Shown: positions 23,601 through 33,782 of the stretch, in pieces
Layout: each line of letters begins with the position of its first letter
Numbering within the stretch: position 1 is the first letter of the stretch
Source: Antedon mediterranea
Lineage: Eukaryota > Animalia > Echinodermata
Assembly (NCBI RefSeq): GCF_964355755.1
Contig: NC_092677.1
Span: 13,476,101 to 13,540,100 of the forward strand
Length of the DNA: 64,000 nucleotides
Direction of reading: 5' to 3'
Position numbers and translations under genes: made by a program
The notes under the pieces: generated by a model
The model's input: the letters and a program-made list of their open reading frames with translations, nothing else
Database searches by the model: none
Told to the model about the DNA's origin: nothing

Positions 23601-26600
23601 CACTTCGAATGAATTTCAATGTTTCATCTTTTTCTTGTAGTTTTATCAAGTCTTTAATGTCGCTGTGCAACAAGGATTTTGCCTCTGGTGTGTTTGGCAA
23701 ATTGTAATCAAGTGATTCTTTGAAATTAAGTGCCACATTTTCTGATGTTGTTTGATTTTGTTCAAGATATTGTCTAATACAATCCTGAGCTTTTATTTCG
23801 GGCAATACACGAGTTTGTGCTCTAGTAACTACTAGTACATCTTTTGGTTTGTCCCATTTATTTTCTGGGTCTAGATCATTGCCCAATAGACCATCGCTAC
23901 CAAGGCCTTCTATTACACCAACGATAACTTTGGTAGTAGGTATTTTTTCTGTGGTAATATGTACCTCAGCGGTAGGAATTTCTATGTTAGTGCGGCCTAT
24001 GCCTCGGACTAAGGTATACGAACCTGTGAGACTCTTTTGGGGAATAAACTGTTTATCAATCAATGTAATTGACGATCCTGTGTCTCTCAAAAATGTTATG
24101 GCTTTACCCTCAAGTATACCATTAATTAAGAAAGCTTTGTTCAAAGGCTCAGTCTTTGATGAGCCACTATGCACCGTGATGCACTTTAAGGAATCGTGCG
24201 GTCGTTGATTTTTTTGTCTTTGATTTTGATTTTGCCGACCTTGTGTGTTGCTAAATCGGGGAGGTTGTTGAGGAATAAATGGCCTGTTTAATGAATTCAG
24301 ATCTTGCTGATAGCTAGCATTAAAGTTTGGTCTGAATTGATGCTGATTTGGTGGATTTGTAGCCGGCCTGTTAAGTGCACTGTGATTTGGTGCAGAAGGA
24401 GGCGGGTTAAACCTTGGCCTGTTGTAAGTCGGTCTGTCAAACCTTGGTGGTTTGCTATTGTAGGGCTGCGGTCTGTAATGACTATTTGTGCCTATTTGCT
24501 TATTATTTAGCTTATGGCGTTGCCAATAATTAGGTATTATGCTGGCATACTCCTCCGCCTCTCTGGCAAAGTCAGCTGTATTTAATACTTTCTTTTGAAG
24601 TAAATGCTGGCGCATATCATTGGGAATGTTCTCTAAAACCTGTTCGCGTATTATTAATTGCGAAATACCTGCCGCATCATCAGCCGCAATGCCAGAGTAT
24701 CTCACCCAACAATCAAAATTATGCCCAACCTTTGTAATGTAGGAACGTATGCTTTCATTGTCATTTCGCTTTAAGTTCCTAAATTTTTGTCTGTAATGTT
24801 CTGGGGTCAGTTGAAACACTTCCAGTATCGTACATTTTAGGGTTTCGTAATCAAAATTTACGTCCATGATGGTATTCATGGCGTCTCGAGCCTTTCCCTC
24901 AATGCATTGGGAGATGCGTCGAACCCAAGTGGATTCCTCCCATTGTTCCCTTTTAGCATAACTTTCGAATGCCGTAAAATAAGCGTCAGCATCGATATTA
25001 TTAGTTAGTTTTTGTTTATATCGATCTATTTTTGTGGAGGCATATGAACTTGTGGTGCTATGACCATCATTACTCTCTCGTTGTATTTGAGCTCTTATAG
25101 TTTCAACATTTTCGTCTCGTGCTAATGTCTTATTTGCAATCTCTCTATCATATTCAATCTTTTTCCGTTCTAATTCTAACTTTTCTTTTTCCATTTCGAT
25201 TTTTTGATAGGCCAACCAATCATGCATGTGCATCAAAATCATTTGACCCCCAATTTCTACAGAAATTTTATCAAGTACCATATCCGGAATGTCGGTCTCG
25301 TTACCAGTATTTTGAGTGGTTTCGGGTATATCTGGTACAACAGTACTATTTTGAGAAGCAGCCTGAGAAGTTTGTGCTTCATCGGTATTCATTATGGAAC
25401 TTTGTTGAGATCTTAAGATCCTACTTGACTTATGTTTAGGCATTAATGTACTTATACAATATATAATGACTATGACTTAAGACGTAGTAAGATATATATA
25501 ACAAAACTTAAACTATAGTGCATCACAAACTTTTACCACAAAATGAAAAATGTACCTTTAACTTGGAACTCGACATTGATGATATTGACAGAAAGTTTTC
25601 CTTCCCTTTATGTTTCTGGCATGAAAACAATGTCATCCACAATGTTGGTAAAGTCTTGTTTCAGATCAAAATTCAAGTCAAACAATCCATCAAAAAAAAT
25701 TGTGAAGTGGTCCACCACAGCACAGTTCGTCTAATGTTAATAGTAACGGGTTAAAAACGTTTCCAGCACCGCTGCCACCATGTTACGGGCTTCGCATGAG
25801 TCCGAGCGGTTTACTTATGTAGTCATATAGGAGAAACGTCCGAGCGGCTTAATATTTAAAGTTATCAGACAAAGATGAACATCAAAAATGCATTAAAGTT
25901 AAAATAAGTATATTTCTTTAATGAACAGGCCCTCTTGCTGACCTGTGTCTGTTCACCTTCATACCAAAACTAAAACTAAACTTAAAACATATCATCTTAA
26001 CTATTTAAAAACCCCACTCTGACTTCTGATTGGCCAACAATATTCCAAGTAGTTTGATAAGTTAGCCTTTTTCAAAAATTGAGACAAAATTACCGTTAAC
26101 TTTGTCTGGGGCTTTTTTCTAGGCCACATGGTACCATATGATATGTGTAACTGTAAGAGGAGTAACTAAAGGTTACTGGATAATAACCTCTTTAGCATGA
26201 GTTATTATCACACCTACCTAGTTATTATATCATGCTCTTATTGTACTGTAAACTTTAAAATCATTTCGTTCAAAACGATGTGGTAGGCCTATTTCTCTCC
26301 CCTTTTGAGTATACCTTCCTCCTTCAATTCAATTCAACTTTATTTCAGACAAACTGTCCAGATGAAACATATAAATACAATAAAAAATAATACAAAGCAT
26401 TATGTGACAACCGTCATGGAAAGAGGACTAATAATTATTTGTTGACATATAGTGCCTCTTAAAATACATGTGGATTATGTTTTGGGATTTATTGGATGTA
26501 GACTGTAGACATTATTATATTATTGATTACTATAGTTTACAAAAACAACACATTATTATGGCTATACTGATACTAGTTAACACACGTAAAAGTATACATG

Positions 26601-29600
26601 AGATTATATATACAAAAGTTCTAATTTCTATCCATTTTCTATGCAACTTTGAATCTTTTAGAATACGAGAAAAAACACATGTAATTAAAGTATTACACCT
26701 TTCAACGCCCGCTGCCGTTTTACATACTGTAACAAATATCGAAAAGTAGATTTAATGCGCCTACATCTGTTTACAGTTTAGTCTTGTAGGCCGGCAGATT
26801 ACTAGTTCATGGGTCATGAACCGATCGTTTCTTTTATGAGTTATGTATTCTTAGGAAGTGACTTTCGTAATGTTAGTGTTTATTCAAAGAATGACCATTC
26901 TTTTATTCAAAGAATGACCATTCTTTTATTCAAAGAATGACCATTCTTTTATTCAAAGAATGACCATTCTTTTATTCAAAGAATCATTGCTGAACGACAC
27001 ATATTTGGTCAAATGTTTCCGGTAAAAACACCGAACGAACCCTCCTTCCAGTTTTGGTAATAGTATATTATAATATGCATGTTTTTTTTATTGAATTCTG
27101 CATAGTCTTATCCCCATGTTTATGACGAGTGTGTGGCGGTGGCATTGCGGAGTATATTGTGAGGCGAGAGATTGGTTGTTCATCTTTCAATTTTCGATGA
27201 TCAATGACCTTGGATTATTTAATGTCATTACGTCATGTCCCAGTCGTCGTCCAACTCTGTAAAATCGTTTTTTTCTTGACGACCGTCCCAAAGCGTCAAA
27301 TAATGTGCGCGTAACATAATCCAAGATCGTGACGTGACTTGAACCTAGAAAAAAAAACCACCATTTTATTTGGACAAAATTTCCACCAAACGTATGCGAA
27401 GTACCTCCATAAATGACGTATATGTCCTAGCTCCTAGGTCGTCGTATGTCGAACACCACCACGCCCGATGGAGATGGTGAAGCATCTTATAAATAACGTT
27501 CACCTTCACCACCATCGATTTTGTGAACCCGATGATCATTGTACAATTTCCATATGTGTTTTTGTTTCTTCTCCAGAGAAGGCAAAGGTTGGCATGAGAT
27601 CCGTCGTGTTATCAGCAAGCTTTTGCTTCCACCATTACAAGTGGATAATTATCAAGGCATTGTGAATGACATCATCACTGATATGGTTTCAAGACTCCGA
27701 TACATTCGTGACACGACCAATGAAAACGGCAGAATTCCAGATATGACCAATGAGCTTTATAAGTGGTCAATGGAAAGTATGTGTGACGTCATCAAATGTT
27801 CATTTTTGTATTCGTCCTTCAATGAATTTACTCCCTCTCCATTTTCTTGTTTTGTGTTAAAGTAAATGCTCTGCAAACCATTATTATTTCCAATATATTT
27901 TAATACTTAACCAATGGCTCTTCTGTAGAACAGTCTTTGCAGTACTTTACAGGCCTGGATAAAAAATAAATAAATATTAAATTTTTATCAAAGCTGTATT
28001 TATGATACTATTCGAGACCCGGATGGGATGTTTGGAGAATCAGATAGCTGATGGACCACAACAGTTCATCAAATCTATTCATAAGATGTTTGATTCTGGT
28101 CAGATCATGTTTGTTGCGTCACCAAAATTATTTCGAAAGTACAATCTGAAACCATGGAGGACACACGTTGAAGCGTGGGATTACATATTTAAATATGGTG
28201 AGATATAAGATTGGATGAGCTGTGCTCATGTTATTCCTTGTAAAGATGATCATAATGATGTTGAATCAAAATCACTGATAATGGTTATGTTGATGATGAT
28301 AGATGATGATGGATGACGGATTATGGACGATGATGGATGGATGATGACGATGATGAATGTTGACGATGATGAATGTTGACGATGATGAATGATAAATTAT
28401 GAATGGGATGATGGTGACGATGATGTTGATTGATGATGAATGGTGATGATGAATCATGAATGGGATGATGAATGATGATGACCCAAAGTCCCTATATAGA
28501 TGACGTCAATATTTGTGGAAGATTTTTGATAATTATTGATGACATTTTAGAACTAAAACAATTATATTACGAATAATATCTTAAGAAATAAATCAGTAGT
28601 AATTATAATATGTACGTGTGTTGCTTCAGCAAAGGAAACGATGGATGAGAGAGTGGAATACCTAAAAAACCTCTCGGAAGAAGAAATTTCGCAGACGAAA
28701 GGTCTAATCACTCGAATTCTAGCAAGTGATAAGATGACGGATCAAGAAATATATGCAAATATGTGTGAACTTTTACTCGCCGGTGTTGACACGGTAATAT
28801 GTAGTAATATTTTTGTCAATTTTACCATATTCCAAAAGCATTAGGCCAAAATAATCCGAGGCCTAAACATGGACCTCATTTTTCAGGATTAGTCAAGGAA
28901 TATGCCTACCATGCACGAACTGTAGATTGATTCACAATTTGACGGCTTGTTCAGTTTATGTCAAACTTTGTGTACTGTGTATGTGACGTTTTCATGGACA
29001 TTTTTTGCAATTTAAAAAAAAATTGTTTTCTTCTTTAAAAAAACAAACAAATAAAACCTTTTGTTATATTTCAAAAGCTCAGTGTGTCCTCATATGTGGC
29101 CAATGATATAATAATAATTCTGTATAGTATCATTGTTATTATATAGTGTCATTATCATTTTAATACATTTTTTTAACGAAAAAAAGTATTTACGTACCGT
29201 ATTTTAAGAATCAAATGTAGACCTACGGGAAATATGTTTACTTTTTTTTTTATTATTATTATTTTCCTTAAAATACAGACATCGAATACGTTAGCTTGGG
29301 CAATGTATGAATTGAGTAGAAATCTGGATATACAGGAGCAATTACATAATGAAGTGACGTCAGCAATTGGACGTCATCACATTGCATCTTCCAAAGACAT
29401 AAATAATTTACCAATTGTCAAAAACATCATTAAAGAGACGTTAAGGTCAGTGGTATACCATTAAGGACATCAGCTTATCTATTTCTTTGATCTATTTCCG
29501 ACTGCTTGTTTGAATGCAAAAACTTGTTTATACTATTATGATGTTGTTTTATAGCATGGAGATTACTTATGACGTTACATATAAAATAAAAGAGCTAGTT

Positions 29601-32600
29601 TGGATAAAATTTACGTGTGTTACGTCAAATTCTGTAATAACCGTCGCACTTTCTAATAAAGTTGTCGTACTTTGTAATAAGTAATAATCTATCGGTCTTT
29701 GTAATACAATAGCCTGGACCTATACATTATAGGTCCATGGGAATACAGTTGTCGCACTTTGTACCGTCGCTCTTTGTAATAAAGTTTTCGCACTTTGTAA
29801 TAACCTGTCCTTGTAATAACCATGGAGAAATAAGTTAGGAAGTTATTTCTCCATGTAATAACGTAACATACGAGTATAGGGTCATCCGATTAATTTCCGA
29901 GCATGACTTCCGAGCATGATGGAGGTTCTTTTCATACATGCTTCTTCAAAGTAAAACTCATAATAAAGATTATCGTTCTATTTGTTTACTAACCCCAAGG
30001 GAGTTCTAGCCACTGGTGGTGTGGGAGATCCGTTAAAGGTTATGGGGTTTCTTGCTTAATAATAATAATAATAATAATAATATTTATTTGGAACAACACT
30101 TTTTTAACAGTGGCACACATGCGTAGATGGTGCGTCCATACCAATTACAAAATTCAATACAAAAACAATGGAAAATAAAAACTGAAACTAAAATAAAACA
30201 TATTTGAGATAATGACATAAAATTTGACTCGACGCTATTACAAAACTTATTTACAAACTAAATCTACACTAATACAACTACTAATTTTGCAACAGCAATG
30301 GAAAAGAAAACAATTTTTTAATAATATAATAACAGTTGTGATACAATTGCATTTTTTAATTTCCAAGCACGGCTTGTGTACATTTTACAATAACTGTAAA
30401 ATACAGCATAAATGTCGTGAGAGTTATTTTTTATGAAATAACGTGCTTCCTAGGACATATTGAACCTTAATAGATAGGTCACCAGAAATAAAATTTACCT
30501 AAGTATCTACACAATTTATTGCAATAAGTTTACGTTGAAGTCTTTGTAATTCTTCAATTCTAATACAATGTAATTGTAACATATTACAAATAAACAGGAA
30601 ATGTTTAACATCTTCTTCACCTGACCCACAAACCTTACACTTATCATTTATAGATTATCAATGTTCCACTTATTTGTAATTTTTCCAAGTGTTAAAGTGT
30701 TTGAACGAAGTTTAAATTTTAAACTTGAGCCATAAAAATCTGTTTTATCCAGTATGTAAGGTTCTAGCCCAGGTGACTCTTTTATCAAAGAGTAATCAAG
30801 CAAAGATGATTTTCTTACTACTTCTTGTTTACAAAAAGTAGAATACGATTGTTTAATTGTATTTTCAAATGGCTTGACCCAGTTTATATCAATATCAGTA
30901 CCTGTACATACATCATTAAGAATGGCATTGAAACGTGAGCAAATTGAGTGTTAAAGACTATCATTGTACATGTAATCCACATTTCCGACATGTATACAAC
31001 ATCCACATTGTGTACATAAAGCAATTCGACGTTGTTGATAACTTCCGAAATGTCTTTCTTCTTAGAATGTATCCAGTTGTAAGTGCCAACAATAGAATTT
31101 TCGAAGATGATGTTGTTATTGGTGGCTACGAAATTCCAAAGAACGTAAGCTCTATTTCAATTTCAATAAAAAATCTCTATTTGTTCACGAAAATATATTA
31201 TACAATTGTATAAAAACTATAAAAGCTCGTACACCATAAACACGTTGTTCTTACACGGTTTCCTGATAATAGAACATACAAATATATAATATAAATATAA
31301 TTTGATAAAATAACAACACAGACATTTACAAATGCCATGGTTACGGTCAATTTCATTAATTAATTAATAGACTGTCTTGTTTTTAAGATATTATTATCTT
31401 TGAAAAGATGATTATATATATTTTATATACGTTTTTTTTTACATTACTAAAGCGTGGTTCCAATCACAAGCGATGGCTTATTCGCTTGTGATTGGTTAAA
31501 ACGCTTGCGTTGCGTTTACGTCCTTGCGTTACGTTCTAGTGGGAACCAAGCTTAAGATGCATAGACCAGGGAGTTGTTATTAGAAACTCCCTGCATAGAC
31601 CAACAAGTATAGACAAAAAAATAGTAGGCCTATCACAAAAAAAACACAATACACGCATTATAATTTGGGTGTTGCTATTGTTGGTATAAATTATTATTAT
31701 ACCTGCTATTGTGAGCATACTATTGTTCTGTAAAGTTCGGTCACCCCAGGCTTAGCAAAATTGGTCAATACAATACTTGTGTCTGCTTTATGCTACCTTA
31801 GTCAAGTGGGATGATTTTCCATTCACCGGTGTTTTCTATAAATCTCCTCGTATGCTGATATGTCTGGTATTTCTATATTTAAATTATCACACTATCTATT
31901 TTATTGACTTTACATATTTGTTTTGTATTTGATTTTATTATTATCATGATACAATACTGTATAATCCAAAAAAATATAGGAGGAAAATAATAATAATCAT
32001 AAGATTTATATTATTAGCAAATTATTCGTTATTGCCAACAAAATAACTAATGGACAAGCAGCAATCTGTTAATTACATGGCGTTTACAGAAAATAAAATA
32101 TCGTGTAGGCCAAAGTCATTATCATTAAATGTATAGCAAAATATTAAATCATTTTTATTATTAATGTGTTGGTTTATTACAATTTGTCTTTACTCTTGAT
32201 ATTTTCATAATCATTGAATTTATCTAGACATTTTCTTAGGAGAATTTGTTAGATCCTTGTATAGGACCAGTGGTAACAATACGGTACACTATTTTATTAG
32301 TGCTTTCTGGTTGTCTGTATAGTGTGTTGCTTGAAAAGTATCCGTGGGCCGCAATTGTAATTAAGAGGTGCTGGAAGTTACTATTTATGATCCCTAAACC
32401 TGAACTCGTATTGACACCAAAAGTGACACGCACGAACTGATGGAAACCAGCAACAAAGTTCTATACATGTTGTTGAAAACACAATAAAGATTACTTGAGC
32501 TTGAACCGTGTATAAAAATTAGCGCCCTAATGGTTTGTTAATGGTTCTATTTCCCTCTATTACACCTACTGTACTTTGCGTTTGTAGACTATCGTTGGTT

Positions 32601-32957
32601 CATTACAATATGTACTTGGTCACGATGAGAAAATATTTCCAGAACCTGACAGATTTATACCAGACCGCTGGAAAAGAGGTGAGGGTACGAAAGCGTCAAC
32701 GTTTGCTTCGGTACCATTTGGATTTGGCACCAGAATGTGTATTGGCAGGCGTGTTGCCGAGCTGGAACTCCACCTAGCATTAATTCGGGTAAACTTTTCG
32801 TTTCACTTTATAAGCATGTCGGAAAATGTTGATGCTGGGATAAATTAATAATAATAATAATAATAAGATTTTTATAGCGCACATACCACTCCAGAGTGCT
32901 CAAGGCGCATTTAAAAATAAAAAAGAAATAAATCATACAAATTAAAGTTAAAATATT

Positions 32958-32992
<35 letters not shown>

Positions 32993-33378
32993 GACATGTT
33001 GAGGCTTAACACGCTATGGAACTAGTTACCGCTTAACATCATTACTGTATTATACACTATACAGTACACAAGCGTTTATTACTCGTCGAAGTCTGTTCGT
33101 AAGGGCCTACCAACGTCAAGTTATTCAAAACACTGAAGCAAGAAGTATAAGTAAACGATTTGTTTGGTGGCCACATATAGTATTGTCAATAATCATAACA
33201 TAACTTGAAGTATAGGAACGAACTTATTCCAATATGGTAAATATTATTCTTTGTTTTACAGATAACACAACAATTTAAGATAACATACCTGGGCAAACCA
33301 AATGACAAAGTGAAGCCGGTTTTGAGGGGATTGTTAGCACCCGGAGAACTTCTACCAATTGGCCTCGAAGATCGTTAA
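18268..33378 (+). CDS. Mitochondrial-clan cytochrome P450, CYP27-like (9 coding exons)
   Basis: Exons 18268-18495, 19273-19463, 27577-27776, 27994-28197, 28630-28793, 29279-29445, 31066-31144, 32588-32788, 33262-33378 join in frame. Arg-rich N-terminus, IPGPKGWPFLG, I-helix ELLLAGVDTTSNT, KETLR (ExxR), PDRF.PDRW, heme motif FGFGTRMCIG. Confidence 0.92.
18758..18940. mobile_element. MITE family 2 (AGCGTGGTTCCCACTAG termini, TAA TSD; Harbinger-like)
   Basis: agcgtggttcccactag...ctagtgggaaccaagct, nearly palindromic, flanked by TAA on both sides. Confidence 0.75.
19502..19933 (-). repeat. 3' LTR (432 bp)
   Basis: No difference from 25781-26212 seen by eye; preceded on the minus strand by a purine tract ending AGGGGGG (19934-19940). 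Confidence 0.95.
20861..21649 (-). CDS. RT C-terminus and RNase H, out of frame with the upstream polyprotein
   Basis: IFSNTWQDHLNHL..YLGH..RSFLGLTGYYRKFI..QTDAS..EQECLAIVW..TDHKAL..NADSLSR. Confidence 0.9.
   Translation of the reverse strand: MFSNTWQDHLNHLDIVLSKISEAGLTIKPSKSKFANSTVNYLGHTIGDGQIKPMLDKIESVEKFPTPQTKKNVRSFLGLTGYYRKFILHYDDIARPLINLTKKAEPKRVNWTPECDKAFTDLKSQLIAHPILRAPSFDKPFLLQTDASKTGIGAVLSQLDTDCNEHPIVYLSRRMLPNELNYSVAEQECLAIVWSINKLRYYLQGHKFTVITDHKALKWLDNTRHSNNRLMRWSMTLQQFTFDIQYRKGITNTNADSLSRRC
21619..25443 (-). CDS. Gag-pol polyprotein: SCAN-like capsid, aspartic protease, integrase, RT up to YIDD (then frameshifted)
   Basis: LTPEHYRQKFR..IIREQVLENIP (SCAN-like); LRDTGS (protease); HDKTGHLG..CKTCPQC, IDIAGP, DQG, NGLTER, WQGPY (integrase); RVCTDYRALN, LDLTKGFYQ, MPFG, YIDD (RT). 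Confidence 0.93.
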   Translation of the reverse strand: MPKHKSSRILRSQQSSIMNTDEAQTSQAASQNSTVVPDIPETTQNTGNETDIPDMVLDKISVEIGGQMILMHMHDWLAYQKIEMEKEKLELERKKIEYDREIANKTLARDENVETIRAQIQRESNDGHSTTSSYASTKIDRYKQKLTNNIDADAYFTAFESYAKREQWEESTWVRRISQCIEGKARDAMNTIMDVNFDYETLKCTILEVFQLTPEHYRQKFRNLKRNDNESIRSYITKVGHNFDCWVRYSGIAADDAAGISQLIIREQVLENIPNDMRQHLLQKKVLNTADFAREAEEYASIIPNYWQRHKLNNKQIGTNSHYRPQPYNSKPPRFDRPTYNRPRFNPPPSAPNHSALNRPATNPPNQHQFRPNFNASYQQDLNSLNRPFIPQQPPRFSNTQGRQNQNQRQKNQRPHDSLKCITVHSGSSKTEPLNKAFLINGILEGKAITFLRDTGSSITLIDKQFIPQKSLTGSYTLVRGIGRTNIEIPTAEVHITTEKIPTTKVIVGVIEGLGSDGLLGNDLDPENKWDKPKDVLVVTRAQTRVLPEIKAQDCIRQYLEQNQTTSENVALNFKESLDYNLPNTPEAKSLLHSDIKDLIKLQEKDETLKFIRSEVKDKSCTKDQDVCFYKENGIIMRKCQPQTRFRKQIDDQIVVPQEYREHIINIAHDKTGHLGVQKTQDRITQHFYWPGINHQVREHCKTCPQCQYLTKTKKQKQLLRPLPIIDIPFKRIGIDIAGPFCVTEDGNRYLLVLCDYATRYPEAIAIPDQTAVTVAQSLITVFSRVGLPSQIIHDQGTNFMSQIIVELCKKLGIEKIPTTPYHQQTNGLTERFIGTLKLMINSLSHVQRENWDRYIPLLLFSYREVPCEFTGYSPFHLLYGRQIRGPLSLIKQGFLGENTQTDIPSHLLGIAHNLTKWMASANHTKQKKQQKMKSYYDRTAKDIHYKVGEEVLIFLPEGAGKLDSKWQGPYKITKKVGEVDYEIHMPDKRKSHRIIHANLIKKWYTQEDARQISQCYCVTGVIQEIGNESLVQPVDYDLETQFLDDSIGPSYKQTQTWKDVKIADSISTKQKRELTNTLKKHTKAFSDVPGKTNVLTHTVKTTHETPIRQRAYRTPHSMMTKVKEEVDSMLSLGVIERSTSAYASPIVVVPKPNGDIRVCTDYRALNKITEFDPYPIPRIDQILDEVAKAKYISTLDLTKGFYQVPLDPQAKAKSAFVTPFGQFAYRVMPFGMMNSSATFQKLVDTVLMGCSAFCRQYIDDIANRFSLIRGKII
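25767..25780 (-). promoter_or_regulatory. Primer-binding site complementary to the tRNA-Leu 3' end
   Basis: Minus strand TGGTGGCAGCGGTG directly after the 5' LTR; complementary to ...CACCGCUGCCACCA of eukaryotic tRNA-Leu(AAG/TAG). Confidence 0.85.
25781..26212 (-). repeat. 5' LTR (432 bp)
   Basis: Direct repeat of 19502-19933; followed on the minus strand by the PBS. Confidence 0.95.
26881..26985. repeat. 23-bp tandem repeat (about 4.5 copies) with an internal palindrome
   Basis: Unit tattcaaagaatgaccattcttt; aaagaatg and cattcttt are reverse complements. Confidence 0.85.
28275..28480. repeat. Degenerate (GAT)n microsatellite in CYP intron 4
   Basis: gatgat/gacgat/gaat-rich run. Confidence 0.8.
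30058..30930 (-). mobile_element. 5'-truncated LINE remnant related to the element at 1-1482
   Basis: Minus strand encodes FYGSSLKFKLRSNTL and CKVC..HFLFIC; its 3' end tggac..gtgccactg..gtgtt..caaataaata matches the first copy, followed by a (TTA)n tail. Confidence 0.75.
31451..31552. mobile_element. MITE family 2, internally deleted copy
   Basis: Same termini as 18758-18940, TAA on both sides. Confidence 0.75.
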
Positions 33379-33782
33379 ATAATATTGCTTAATTGCGATA
33401 GATTGATGGTATGGAAGGCACTAATCTTAAGGGAAATAGAGTGGGAATAGGGACATAGTTGCGGTTTCGCGCGACCGACTATTCAACTCTTAGAACAGTA
33501 GAATATTTTATCGTATAAATATATCGTAAATATGCAACACTGTTCCTACCTAATTTTCGCACAAGTTCCAACTTATTACTGTATGTTTGTAACTTTATAC
33601 ATTCCTATTAGTGTTATAATAGTGTTATGCTGTACTGCACTTCGTACACTATTTACAACTGAACTTGTCCAACTTATATATTATATTTTGTAATCGGCAA
33701 GCTAATCTTAAAAAAAAATATTCACGAAGAATGATACTTGTTAATGTGTTCAATGTTTCGTATTTTACTATTATAACTAGAC

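Larger units (their letters stand above)
19502..26212 (-). mobile_element. Full-length Ty3/gypsy LTR retrotransposon, Gmr1-like (gag-PR-IN-RT-RH)
   Basis: Two 432-bp TG...CA LTRs, 5-bp TSD CCTAC (19497-19501 and 26213-26217), PBS, PPT and polyprotein ORFs on the minus strand. Confidence 0.97.

Noticed and set aside
23849-25754. Plus-strand ORFs inside the LTR element
   Set aside because: Antisense shadows of gag-pol or leader sequence with no recognisable motifs.
26881-26985. Palindromic 23-bp repeats as a mini-CRISPR
   Set aside because: No spacers; simple tandem repeat.
28272-28457. His/Ile-rich ORF on the minus strand
   Set aside because: Translation of a (GAT)n microsatellite.
32535-32777. 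80-aa ORF as a separate gene
   Set aside because: Wrong frame of CYP exon 8; the true frame carries the heme-binding motif.
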